NCBI GenBank assembly: GCA_963842525.1
Contig: CAWJGT010000001.1
Location: forward strand, 608,001-672,000
Direction: 5' to 3'
Length of the DNA stretch: 64,000 bases
DNA from: an uncultured Holophagales bacterium
GTDB taxonomy: Bacteria > Acidobacteriota > Thermoanaerobaculia > Multivoradales > UBA5704
Part shown: positions 43,769-57,590 of the stretch, one piece after another
Position numbering within the stretch: position 1 is the first letter of the stretch
Layout of the letters: every line of letters starts with the position of its first letter
Notes under the pieces: model-generated
What the model was told of the DNA's origin: nothing
The model's database searches: none
What the model saw: the letters and a program-made list of their open reading frames with translations, nothing else
Made by a program: the position numbers and the translations under genes

Positions 43769-44802
43769 TACGCCACCTCCTTTTTCTGCGCGGCGTGGTC
43801 GATCCCCTCGAGCTTCCGAATGAGGTCCACCAGCCGGTGGGCGTAGCCCCAGCCGTTGTCGAACCAGGACAGGGTCTTCGAGACCTTCTCGCCCAGCACC
43901 ATGGTGGCCAGGCTGTCGAAGGTGCTCGACGCCACGCTGCGGATGATGTCCGACGAGACGATCGGGTCGTCCTCGTACTCGACGATCCCTTTCCAGCGGC
44001 TGCTGGCCGCGGCGGTCCGCACCACCTCGTTGATCGACTCGACGGTCACCGGCCGGTCGTGCCAGCAGACCAGGTCGACCACCGAGCCGTTGGCCACCGG
44101 CACGTTCATGGCGAGGCCGGTGAGCTTGCCGCGGAGCTGCGGCAGCAGGCCCATGACGACCTCGGCCGAGTTGGTCTCCTGCGGGATGATGTTCTCCGCC
44201 GCCGCCCGGCCGCGCCGCGGGTCCTCGGCGGGCACGTCGGCCAGCCGCTGCTGGTTGGTGTAGGCGTGGACGGTCGTCAGGTAGCCGCGGTGGATGCCGA
44301 AGGCGTCGTCGAGGATCTTGAGCACCGGCGCCGCGCAGTGGGCCGTGTTCGAGGCGTTCGAGATGATCCGGTGCTCGGGCCGGAGCTGGTCGTCGTTGAC
44401 CCCCATGACCACGGTGATGTCCGGCGGATCCACGGGCTGCGAGCAGAGGATGACCCGCTTGGCCCCGGCCGCCAGGTGCTTTTCGAGCTCGGCGCGGGTG
44501 CGGAACCGCGAGGTCGCCTCGATCACCGTGTCCACCCCCAGCTCGCCCCAGGGCACGTCGCCCGGCTTTTCGCCCGACAGCATCTTGATCTGGCGCCCTG
44601 CCACGTAGAGGTGGCCGTCGCGCAGGCTCAGCTCGTCCGGGAACCGGCCGAGGATCGTGTCGAAGCGGAGCAGGTAGGCCAGCGCGGCATGGTCTGCGAT
44701 GTCGCTGATCGCCTCGATCCGCGGGTCGCTGCTGTTGTAGAGGATGCGGAAGATGTTCCTCCCCACCCGTCCCAGGCCCATCAGTCCGATATGTGTGGGC
44801 AT
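43768..44802 (-). CDS. GAPDH paralogue lacking the catalytic cysteine
   Basis: GLGRVGR, SNASNTAHC, TVHAYT, WFDNGWGY; its TAA overlaps the gap ATG. Confidence 0.9.
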   Translation of the reverse strand: MPTHIGLMGLGRVGRNIFRILYNSSDPRIEAISDIADHAALAYLLRFDTILGRFPDELSLRDGHLYVAGRQIKMLSGEKPGDVPWGELGVDTVIEATSRFRTRAELEKHLAAGAKRVILCSQPVDPPDITVVMGVNDDQLRPEHRIISNASNTAHCAAPVLKILDDAFGIHRGYLTTVHAYTNQQRLADVPAEDPRRGRAAAENIIPQETNSAEVVMGLLPQLRGKLTGLAMNVPVANGSVVDLVCWHDRPVTVESINEVVRTAAASSRWKGIVEYEDDPIVSSDIIRSVASSTFDSLATMVLGEKVSKTLSWFDNGWGYAHRLVDLIRKLEGIDHAAQKKEVA

Positions 44803-44930
44803 ATACGGCACCTCCTTCCGACTCGGCGCGGGCTGCCCGTTGCCCCGCAGGAGTCCCAGGCTCAAAGTAACACGATCCGTGCCATGGGGCTCAACCCTGG
44901 TCCGGGCGGGCGCCCCCTGGTGACGCGGGA

Positions 44931-44961
44931 TGACATGGCAGTGCTGCTGGGTGTAGACTCC
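44931..44961 (+). promoter_or_regulatory. Promoter-like 31-bp element, repeated at 46041-46071
   Basis: TGACATGGCAG..TG..GGGTGTAGACTCC; 28/31 identical between the copies; TGACA and TAGACT boxes. Confidence 0.55.
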
Positions 44962-44972
44962 AATAGAGACCA

Positions 44973-45392
44973 ATGAATCAAGCGATAGGGCTGGTCACGG
45001 TGGTCGTCCGCGAGTACGACGAGGCTCTTGACTTCTACGTCAAGACGCTTGGGTTCACTCTCGTGGAAGACTCTTTCGTCCCAGAGCAGAACAAGAGGTG
45101 GGTCGTCGTTGCGCCTCCTGGCTCAACGGGAGCCGGGCTGGTTCTCGGGCGCGCCGTTGGGGAGGACCAGGCGTCGCGGATTGGCAGACAGACCGGTGGT
45201 CGAGTCTTCCTGTTCCTCTACACCGACGACTTCTGGCGCGATTTCAATACCTATCGATCCCGGGGCGTCCGCTTCGTCAGGGACCCGGCAGAGCAACCGT
45301 ACGGAACAGTGGCTGTGTTCGAGGATCTATATGGCAATCTCTGGGATCTCGTTCAGTTGCGGAATGGTCAGCCGAGCCGTGGTGGCGCCTAA
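44973..45392 (+). CDS. VOC / glyoxalase family protein
   Basis: YDEALDFYVKTLGF, PYGTVAVFEDLYGNLWDL. Confidence 0.92.
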   Translation: MNQAIGLVTVVVREYDEALDFYVKTLGFTLVEDSFVPEQNKRWVVVAPPGSTGAGLVLGRAVGEDQASRIGRQTGGRVFLFLYTDDFWRDFNTYRSRGVRFVRDPAEQPYGTVAVFEDLYGNLWDLVQLRNGQPSRGGA

Positions 45393-45410
45393 CCATTCGT
45401 TCGAGCGGAC
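45387..45410 (+). mobile_element. Integron attC left-arm remnant
   Basis: GCCTAAC-CATTC-GTTCGAGC (RYYYAAC plus L-box) overlapping the VOC stop codon; no matching right arm. Confidence 0.5.
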
Positions 45411-45443
45411 GCTCCCAATTCGCGGCGGCGGCGCCCGGTACAC

Positions 45444-46043
45444 ATGAAGTCTCCACTAGGCTTGGCGGCGGCTATCGTCTTCCTCTCGGCACTCCCGATC
45501 GCGGCGCTTTGCGAAGGGATGGTGGAGGGCCGAGGCGGCGAGATCGCAATTCATCTGATGCTCGCATTGGGAGCGGCACTCATGGTACCCGCAGCGTTCG
45601 ATTTTCGGACGCCCCGATGGATCGCCTGGACAGGATCCACGTCCGCGGTGTTCCTGGCCGTCACCTTCCTGCTGCAGGGTGTGAGTCTATGGACGCAAAA
45701 TGATGCGCTGATTCATCTGGCGTATCAAGTCCTGGGCCAACGGATGGAGTCGTTGGCGGGCGATCTGTTTCTCGTATGGTGTATCGCGGTGCTGCTCATG
45801 GTGAGCCGTGGACCGATAAGGGTTGTGGGCGCCGTCGCGCTCGCTCTGGCCGTCGGCATGAGAGTCTACGCGTACTACCTGTCCTCGCTGGGCAGCTCGC
45901 TCAGCGCGAAGGCGCCGGCGCTGCAAGTGCTGGCGCTGTTGCCATTCGTTTGGCTAATGCTGGAAGCGAAGAAGGCAGCCCCTGCTTCCTCCTCGTCTCC
46001 CCCCGGGCCGGCCCGGGATGCCGCCGCCGCGCCCTCGGGGTGA
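45444..46043 (+). CDS. Hypothetical integral membrane protein
   Basis: About six hydrophobic segments; open frame. Confidence 0.7.
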   Translation: MKSPLGLAAAIVFLSALPIAALCEGMVEGRGGEIAIHLMLALGAALMVPAAFDFRTPRWIAWTGSTSAVFLAVTFLLQGVSLWTQNDALIHLAYQVLGQRMESLAGDLFLVWCIAVLLMVSRGPIRVVGAVALALAVGMRVYAYYLSSLGSSLSAKAPALQVLALLPFVWLMLEAKKAAPASSSSPPGPARDAAAAPSG

Positions 46044-46144
46044 CATGGCAGGGTTGCCGGGTGTAGACTCCCACCGAGGCTGGCGCTGCCGTTCAACTCC
46101 AAGAGCCGTAGGGGTCTCCCGGACGCGACGTGTAGAATGCGCCA

Positions 46145-46435
46145 ATGAGATTCGAATGGGACCCAGAGAAGGCGAGAGAGAACGATCGCAAGCACGGCGT
46201 GTCGTTCGAAGAGGCGGTCTCGGTCTTTTACGACTCTTTAGCCACCACTTTCCCGGATCCGGATCATTCTGTCGGAGAGCTTCGTCTCATCACTTTTGGT
46301 TACTCCGCGCACGACAGACTCCTCGTTGTAGCTCATGCCGAGTGTAAAGGGACAGCTCGAATCATCAGTGCACGACACGCAACCGCACATGAGAGAAAGC
46401 GCTATGAAACCCACAACCCCCGCAGAAGACGATGA
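46145..46435 (+). CDS. brnT: BrnT family toxin
   Basis: MRFEWDPEKA...KHGVSFEEA...RIISARHAT. Confidence 0.92.
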   Translation: MRFEWDPEKARENDRKHGVSFEEAVSVFYDSLATTFPDPDHSVGELRLITFGYSAHDRLLVVAHAECKGTARIISARHATAHERKRYETHNPRRRR

Positions 46436-46667
46436 CCTGCGTCCCGAGTATGACTTCGACTTTTCAAAGGGTGAAAGAGGTCGCTATTTCAAACGCCTCC
46501 TGAAGGAGGGTAGCAACATCGCTGTCCTCGAGCCAGACATCGCCAAGGCCTTTCCGGACTCGGCTTCGGTGAACAAGGCTCTGCGCTCTCTTCTTGAAGT
46601 GGCACGCGCGGCCGCAGGCCCTTCCCGGCGCTCAACGAAAGCGGCTCGCGAGCGGGCCGCCGGTTAG
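46404..46667 (+). CDS. BrnA-like antitoxin
   Basis: DDLRPEYDFDFSKGERGRY...LEPDIAKAFPDSASVNKALR; overlaps brnT. Confidence 0.85.
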   Translation: MKPTTPAEDDDLRPEYDFDFSKGERGRYFKRLLKEGSNIAVLEPDIAKAFPDSASVNKALRSLLEVARAAAGPSRRSTKAARERAAG

Positions 46668-46712
46668 CCTGGCCCAACCGTGGTTTGCGGCGCGCTGAGA
46701 GGGGGACACGTC

Positions 46713-47825
<1,113 letters not shown>

Positions 47826-47868
47826 GCCGCTCCTCTCAATCGGACACCGGAGTGTTAGGCTTGGCGGC

Positions 47869-49978
<2,110 letters not shown>

Positions 49979-50086
49979 TTCAGCGTCCCGGACACCGGCC
50001 CAGCATGGCTGCGGTGTAACATTCGGAATCTTCGCCGCGCCTTAAATGAAGCTGAGGGGTAATCCAGGCGAGGCGCCGCGCAGCCC

Positions 50087-51580
50087 TCAGTTCACCAGAT
50101 CGTCGGCGCGGAGCGCGAAGGACAGATCCTTTGTTTTCGCGAGACAGCTCGCATCCAGACCTTCCAGGCCGCCGGCGGTGACGAAGGCCTGGATGATCTC
50201 CGAGACGCACGGGTCCGTATCGTTGTGTCCCCGGTTGGGCAGGACGAGATGGCGCGCGTTGGTCAGGGACTGCGCCACTCTCTCACCATAGCGCGGCGGG
50301 GTCACATGATCCAGGGCTCCAGACAGGATCAAGGCAGGAGCTTTGGACTGGACCGGCGCTCGGAAGTCTTTCGGCAGCCAGCCGCGCGTCCACTCCCCGC
50401 AAGCGAGGACCTCCCGGCCGAGACGGAATTCGCCCATGAAAGTACCAGCCGTTGCCGCCGGCAGATCGGCCGCGTCAAATTGCGGGATCTCCTCGCTGCA
50501 AACGATCGAGAGATAGATGCCTTTCGGAATCCCGCTCTCTCCACTGGGCGTCAACCTGCGGGCGAGCGATGGATACTCGCCTGCATGGGCGAGGTGGATC
50601 AGCAGGGGCAGGTCGCGGATTCTCTCCGCTGAATACAACGTACTGAAAGCAAAGCCGCGCAGAATCTCGGCATCGATCGGAACCTCCACCTCCAGGCTGG
50701 TCTCCGGCTTGCTCACTTTGACCTTGACCGGCTTCTCGGCGAGGCGTTTCAGAAGCGTGCCGAATTCCTGGGCGAGGTTCGGAAAGGCGTCGTGGCAACG
50801 CGGCTGCCGGGCGCAAGCGGCGAAGGCCTGGTCCAGCGCCTGCTGCGAGGACCGGGGAATCTCGAGCCACGTCGGCACGTCGAAGGGGAGCACGCCCTGC
50901 AGGACGACGGACCGGACGCGTTCCGGATCCTGGCGCAGGTAGACCATCGCCGCCTGGGTCCCATACGACGCGCCGTAGAGATTGAGCCGCGGATAGCCGA
51001 GCCAGTCGCGGACCTCGTCCAGGTCGTCCATCGCCACAGGAGTCGTGTAGTAGCGCAGGTCGGCCTTGCGCTCCAGCTCCTTGCGGCAACGGCGGACCGC
51101 CTCCAGGAAGCGGGCCTCGTCCCGATACTCCGCATTCGCGGGATCCGTAGGCAGCTCGCAGTCCAACGGATTGGAATCCCCGCTCCCCCGCTGATCGATC
51201 AGCAGGATGTCACGGCGCAGCCGCAGATCGGGAAACGCTTGGCTGAAGTAACGGGCGTACCGGGTGGCCGGCGCGACGCCGCCGCCGGCGAGAAAGACCA
51301 GCGGATCGGGCGCCGCATCCGGTGTCTTCGCCGGCAGAACCACAATCTTGAGACCGATCTTCCTTCCCGTTCCGGCGGCGCGATTCTCATAGGCCTCATA
51401 CCGGCCGCACAGGACCTCCTCGTCCACGTCCGGCACGCGGCAGGGCGTCAGCTTGTCGGTCAGGCCGCGCCGCACCTTGGGGTCCGAAGTTGCCGTGGAG
51501 CATCCGACGATGAGCAGTCCGAAGACTGCAAGCGCTCTTCTCACGCGAGCCTCCTCATGCCAGGCAACCCATGCGTTCAC
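50087..51580 (-). CDS. Secreted alpha/beta hydrolase (S33 / TAP-like peptidase)
   Basis: IVGC lipobox, DQRGSG, GASYG, DHVTP, GHN. Confidence 0.9.
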   Translation of the reverse strand: MNAWVAWHEEARVRRALAVFGLLIVGCSTATSDPKVRRGLTDKLTPCRVPDVDEEVLCGRYEAYENRAAGTGRKIGLKIVVLPAKTPDAAPDPLVFLAGGGVAPATRYARYFSQAFPDLRLRRDILLIDQRGSGDSNPLDCELPTDPANAEYRDEARFLEAVRRCRKELERKADLRYYTTPVAMDDLDEVRDWLGYPRLNLYGASYGTQAAMVYLRQDPERVRSVVLQGVLPFDVPTWLEIPRSSQQALDQAFAACARQPRCHDAFPNLAQEFGTLLKRLAEKPVKVKVSKPETSLEVEVPIDAEILRGFAFSTLYSAERIRDLPLLIHLAHAGEYPSLARRLTPSGESGIPKGIYLSIVCSEEIPQFDAADLPAATAGTFMGEFRLGREVLACGEWTRGWLPKDFRAPVQSKAPALILSGALDHVTPPRYGERVAQSLTNARHLVLPNRGHNDTDPCVSEIIQAFVTAGGLEGLDASCLAKTKDLSFALRADDLVN

Positions 51581-51679
51581 TACGGCCTGATCCCGTTCCG
51601 GGTTACAGGCTTCGGCAAGTGGCCTCGATGAGGACCGGTGAGCCTACCGGTCGGCGGTTAAGTGTGCCTGGCGGCGCCC

Positions 51680-51823
51680 CTTCCCGACCAGCACACGGAG
51701 CTCGCGCGGCTCCTGGCGATCGAGGGCAAGGCCTGGAACCATCCTGTGCTGGTCGGCGACCTCCTGATGGTTCGCAACGGCGAGGAGATGGCCGCATTCC
51801 GGCTGTCCCTTGCGGGCGACTGA
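51680..51823 (+). pseudogene. C-terminal remnant of a PQQ-like beta-propeller protein
   Basis: TELARLLAIEGKAWNHPVLVGDLLMVRNGEEMAAFRL*; no upstream gene body. Confidence 0.55.
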
Positions 51824-51882
51824 GGCGCCTTGGACCGAAGAAATGAGGCGAGAGGTCAACCCGGGTATTATGCTCTTGCTGC

Positions 51883-54800
51883 ATGGTCCACTTCATCCGG
51901 TGTCTGATAGCGCTCCTGGCAGGCCTCATACCGCTCGCCGGCTGTGGCCGCAATGAGGCCGACGAGCTTCAGTGGGTACGCGAGGAGATCCGGCGATTAG
52001 GTTATATTCGTCCGATTGAGCCGCGGCTTATCCTCGAAACCGGATGGGCACCCTGTGCTACCGAGCCTCGGAAAGCGGCCGCTGGCGCTGGATGCTCATA
52101 CGAAGCGCTCATCCGTACCGAGCTTCCAACTCGGCGCTGCTCGCCGCTTCCGTCTCAAGCGTCCTCCGGATACCGCCAGCTCGTTAATCTCGCCCGCCGC
52201 CTCGATAGAAGGCCATTGCAGGAACGTAGCGCCGCCTTGGCTGCGCTTCCTCTGTTCATCGAAGCAGATGAGAGCAACACGACGGCTACGATCCTAGCGC
52301 TCAAGGCCTTTGGAAGGCAGCAGGACGCGCTTACCGATCTCTCCGCCGTCTACCTGCACCTCGCCGGCGTTTCCAATCGACCGCATCTTCTCCTAGAGAG
52401 CCTTGAAGCTTCTTCGGAAGTTCTCGTGGGTCGTCCCGATGATCCCCGCGCGCTTTTCAATTGGGCGCTGGGCCTGTCGCAGCTTAACCTCGTCACCACC
52501 GCCCACCACGCCTGGACCACCTATCTAAAGACAAGCTCCTGCGGATGGCTGGGCAATGGACGCGCGGGATCATCTTTCGCGAGTCACGAGCGGCACCTAC
52601 CAGCAAAGGTGGGTCTCGGAGGCAGAGGAGATTCGTAAAGCCGCCCGCGCCGGGGAGAGCTCGAAACTGAAGGCAATCGTCGCGCGTCACCGTCAACGCA
52701 GCCGCGAATGGGCGGAGTACGATCTGCTCACAGAATGGGCCACCAAGGACGGAGAGGCTGCCGGCATGGCGCTGAGGATTGCGGGCTTGGTCGGGACCAC
52801 CCTGACTGAGATCAACGGCGACCGGATGCTCACCGAGGGGATTGCAGCCATCACTGACGCTAAAGATACTCCGAGGCGGCTTGCACTCCTACGAGCCGGT
52901 CACAGCGCTCTGGCGACCGGGTTTGAGGATCTGTACCGTCATTGGCAACTCGAGCGAGCCCGCTATCACTTTCGGCAAGCGCGCGGGACTCTTTCCGACA
53001 GTCCTTACTCGCTGTGGGCGGACTTCTATCTAGCCCTGATCGCTTATTACCAGGGTGACTATAGCCGCGCATCGGCTTCACTTAAAACTTTGGGGGAGCG
53101 TATCGATCGAGAGCATTATCCGGTGCTGGCCGGAAGGGTGCTCTGGGTTAAGGGACTGATAGCCGCCGTTTCCACACATAGCCTGGAAGATTCGGACAAG
53201 CTCTACCGGCAGGCACTGGAAATTTTTTGTGCCAGCGGCGAGGATGAAAACCTTGCGGCCACGCACGCTCTACTTAGCGAGGTCTTGAACAAGCTGGGAC
53301 GTTATGAGGAGAGCTGGCAACATCTTTACAACGCCCTCGCGAAAGTCAATCGGATTTTCGATCCGGTCAAGCACCATATAGTACTCGAAGTAGCAATTCT
53401 CAACGCGCGCCGTCAGGGTCTGAACCGCGTAGGGCTTGCCTTCGCCGAGGAACACCTCCACGTCGCCCACCGCACTGAGAGCGCCCAGATTCTTCATTAC
53501 GCATTCATGCACCGCGCTAGCCTGCGGTATGCCCTGGGCGATCTGCAAGGAGCCCAGGCCGACCTCGAACAGGCGCGTCGCGCGGCAAAAGATCTTGATG
53601 ATCCGAACCTGCGAAAGCGTTCCGCCGCGGACCTCAACCTCGTCAAGGCCGAGATCCACGTCGAATCCGATCCTCGCCGTGCGATCTCCCTGCTGGATCA
53701 AACGATCGGCCAGTACAAGCTGACTAAGTACTCCTACCTCCTTCCTCAGGCATATGGATCCCGCGCCCGGGCCTTTCTCCGTCTCGGCGAGCTGAAGCTT
53801 GCAGAACGGGACCTCAGTCGTCAGATCCACATCTACGAGGAGTCCGCCGATGAGATCCTCCAGGACGTCTTCCGCCTTTCCCTCCTCGACCAGGCAGCGT
53901 CGGCCTTTGACAAGATGATTGAGCTCCAGGCCGCCCAGCCCGGCCGGCAGATTCTTGCCCTGGAGTACTGCGAGAGGGGGCGCTATCGCGCGCTCCTGGA
54001 CGCCTGGACGAGAACCTCGCTGGAGTTGTCCTTCAAGCTTGGAATTGCGCCGGGGACTGGCTTCGATCCCCGCACTCTTCAGGGAAGACTGCCGCAGGAC
54101 GTCGCGATTCTGGAGTTTGCTCTTCTCGACGACCATTTACTGTCGTGGGTTATCACTCGAGCCGACATCACGATGGTGGCGCAGAGGGTGAAGCGTCGAG
54201 ACATGGCCGATCTGATTCTCGAGCTCGACCGCGGCCTCAACAGAGAGCGTAACTCCTCTGTCAGCCGCGAACTGTACGACCTTCTGGTGCGACCCGTTAC
54301 GAAGGAGCTCCGCGGCATTTCACATCTAGTCGTGGTCCCTGACAAAGAACTCTTTCGAGTTCCCTTCGAGGCACTCGTCGATCGGCAGACGGGACGCTTT
54401 CTCATTCAGGGCCGGATGGTCTCCTACGCGCCAAGTGCCTCACTCCACGTTCGCCTGCGGGAGAAGCTGAGCCGCGACCGGAAGGCTCCCCTCGCGCTCA
54501 CCCTCGCCGCGACAGGTGCCGAGAACGGCGGCAACCGGTACGTGTCTCTGCCTGGGGCGGTTGCGGAGGCCCACTCGATCGCGGCTGCCTATCCTCGCGG
54601 GAGTTTGCTTGCGAACCCGAGTAAGGAGGAGTTCCTTGCGGCGTTGAGCCGTAACCAGGTCCTTCACTTCTCGGGGCACGCCGTGCCAGATGTAGAGCGA
54701 CCCTTCGCGTCCAAGCTGGTACTGGCTGACACGCCAGCTGAACACACCGAGGTCTACGCCTACGAGCTCTATGATCGGACGTTTCCCGATCTGAAGCTGG

Positions 54801-55090
54801 TAGTGCTCTCGGCCTGCGGCACGGCAGAGCCCACCAATCCGGCGCTCGGAACGGCGGCGACCCTCGCAGGTCCCTTCCTGGCGGCCGGCGTACTTCAGGT
54901 CATCGGGAGCCAATGGCGGGTCGATGACGCCGCAACCCGCCTCTTCTTTGCCGCCTTCCATCGCCGCGTTGCCAAAGGGGCGGACGCCACAACCGCTCTC
55001 CACGCTACTAAGCTCGAGTTCTTGCACAACGGCAATGCCGACCTCGCGTCTCCGCGTGTGTGGGGCGCCTTCGTGCTCGTGGGCGGATAG
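51883..55090 (+). CDS. Lipoprotein with TPR region and C-terminal CHAT (caspase-like) domain, frameshift near 52540
   Basis: LAGC lipobox, TPRs, VVVPD...PFEAL, LHFSGHA (His), LSACGT (Cys), WRVDD, WGAFVLVG. Confidence 0.9.
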
Positions 55091-55229
55091 GAATCCGGCT
55101 GCGAATTCTCGCCTCAGGTCCGTCCAAGTCTAGCGAAGGACGAGATGTCAGCGTTAAGAGCTGAGGCCGGCCTTTGGCTCCGGCCTGACTTGAACGAACC
55201 GTTCACGACCGTTTGAAAGGAGGCTCGCC

Positions 55230-56215
55230 TTGAGCGAAATCCCGCCTTACAAATTCCACCTGATCTTCAAAGGTCTATTCCGTTGCGTGCCGGACAGACA
55301 GAACAAGCGCTTGAGTGTTCTGCTGGTGGACGCACGCTCCCCGCGAAGGAGCAGCACTGGAGAGCCCCTCCGCGATCATCGCGCGGCGATCGAGTTCCGA
55401 CTCAAAGACTGGCGCAACACTACCATTGAGCGTCTCCGGAATTTTGTCACGGTCAACAAGCGCAACAAAGACGAAGTCGGCATCTTTCTGCTGGAGCGGC
55501 ACGATATCAAGATCGGGCTCAACGACGGTATCTTTTCTCCTGGATTGACTTTCAACGAAAGGGCCGATTCTCCGAAAAGCTTCCTTAAACTCCCAAGAAT
55601 GGAAGATATCTCGCCGGGCTCAGCCCGGATTCACCCCGATGCAATAGCATTCGGTACCAACTGCATCGCCCGCGTGCTTGATCTCGCACATGGCGAGGTG
55701 GGGTCCGAGCGTCCGAGCAAGCGCGGAGAAACCACACTCTCCTGGGCGTTCTCACTCCCGCGGGAGCGCTCGATCCTGCAGGTGCTCAGGACTACGGAGA
55801 GTCCCGAGAAAGATCTTTTGAGCCAAAACTCGCCCGGAACGGGAAGCCGATCAATCTCGATCTCAGAGTCACCTTCGATGTGCCTGGCAGCGCGTCGGTG
55901 ATGATCGATCCAACTAACTTTCCCAACGACCTCCCAAGAGTCAACCCTCCTGCCTTCATATTACGTCCTTTGGACGGAAAGGACCTGGAAGTCTGGGTCA
56001 AGAACCGGGAACTCGATATGATCCTGACCGAATCGGACAAAGAGGGAGACGAGGAGGGCTGTCAGAGCGAGAACGTCGACTTCGACTGGGACCTCCAGTA
56101 CAATCTCAGTGCCGAGACACCAGACAGGCGGATCCCTTACCGAAGCGATGCGCTCAATGGCGATGTAACCGCTGGCGGCTGTGCCTGCGGTGGCTGTTCC
56201 GGTGGCGGACCCTAA
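55230..56215 (+). CDS. Hypothetical protein with Cys/Gly-rich C-terminus, frameshift near 55830
   Basis: AAAGGAGG RBS with TTG start; ORFs 55230-55901 and 55880-56215 join; ends AGGCACGGCSGGGP*. Confidence 0.7.
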
Positions 56216-56231
56216 TTCAAGCGAGGCTTCT

Positions 56232-56945
56232 ATGAAAAGAGAGAGATTCTGGGTGGTCGCTGTAGCGATGGCGTTGGCAGCGCGTAGCGAGCCGGCGTTC
56301 AGTATCGTTAATGGAGGATCGGCCGTGTTGGCGGACTTCCCGGCGATTGGCTCTTTCGGATCAGGGAACGGCGAGTCTTGCACTTCAGTGCTGGTAGGCC
56401 CTCAAGCTCTGCTTACGGCGGCTCACTGTGTGGACTCCTGCGGGAAGGGAATTGCGCGGTTTACCAGCACGGCGGGCCAAGCAGCGCGTGAGGCATTCTG
56501 TACCGTTGCGCTCGACCTCGACCTTGCCGTCTGCCTCTTGAATTCAAAAATCGAGAATATACTGGCTGAACGCCTCAACAGTAAGAACGCTCCAAGTGTT
56601 GGCGGCCAACTGCTCTTGGCAGGTTTCGGTTGTGATGGCTCTCCTGGGAGTAGTGGCCCCTTCCGCACGGGAGCCACTAAGATCATATCCTTTGCCGACG
56701 ACGACATCAGAATCGGCCAAGGAGCTTTCCTCTGCGGAGGAGATAGCGGTGGCCCGGCGTATCTCCTTCAGTCTGCGACAGACCCTACTGGTCCGCGTGT
56801 CGTGGCGGGTATCAATGACAACGACTTGGATGTAACGAATGTCACCATGACCGCGGCCAGGGACTTCTTGCGCGGTTGGACAGAGAAGCATCCGGAAGCC
56901 ACAATCTGCGGGTTCACTCCAGGCGCCCAAGGCTGCCGGGACTGA
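56232..56945 (+). CDS. Secreted trypsin-like (S1) serine protease
   Basis: Signal peptide, IVNG mature N-terminus, LTAAHC, DLAV, GDSGGP. Confidence 0.92.
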   Translation: MKRERFWVVAVAMALAARSEPAFSIVNGGSAVLADFPAIGSFGSGNGESCTSVLVGPQALLTAAHCVDSCGKGIARFTSTAGQAAREAFCTVALDLDLAVCLLNSKIENILAERLNSKNAPSVGGQLLLAGFGCDGSPGSSGPFRTGATKIISFADDDIRIGQGAFLCGGDSGGPAYLLQSATDPTGPRVVAGINDNDLDVTNVTMTAARDFLRGWTEKHPEATICGFTPGAQGCRD

Positions 56946-57059
56946 GCGCGTGCCATGAGCTTGCATGAAGTATAGGAGGCCGGCCGCTCGTTCTTCCAAG
57001 CCACTTGGCGAAGGCCCGCGTGGTTCTCGCCCACTCCCGGCGCAGAGGAAGATCTTGAA

Positions 57060-57511
57060 GGGGAGGCCAGCGGCACCTCGTGCCGGTGCCCCGGACGCGG
57101 AGGCCCTGTTCCTCGGCTTCGGCGGGCGGCTCGGCTTTCGGTTGGCGGGCCAGGGCCGGGCCGGGGCCTGCTGCGAGCAGGGAATACGGGTTGAGAGTGC
57201 CGCCCGACGGCGGGTAGATGCCGTAGTGGAAGTGAGGCAACGTGGTTGCGCATTGCCGGAGTTTCCGACGTAGCCGATCACCGTGCCGGCCTCGACCCAC
57301 TGCCCTTGGCGCACATCACCCCAGCGTTCCAGGTGCGCGTAGTAGTGCCGCCATCCGGCCGGCCCGGACGCCCATACCGTGATGCCCCCCAGCCCATTCG
57401 TCCCCAGGCCGGAGACATACCCTTCCGTCGCCGACAGGACCGGCGTGTTCTACTTCGCGAAGATGTCGATCCCCTCATGCTGCCGCCCGCCGCTGCGCGG
57501 ATCTCCGTAGC
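57060..57511 (-). pseudogene. M23 peptidase, 3' copy lacking its N-terminus
   Basis: [34 protein letters not shown]. Confidence 0.75.
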
Positions 57512-57590
57512 CCAACGGTGGCGTGCTCAGGGACCAGGGCTTGATGCAGACTCCTGTAATTTTCCAAGAATGTAGGCATTTGGGAGACAC

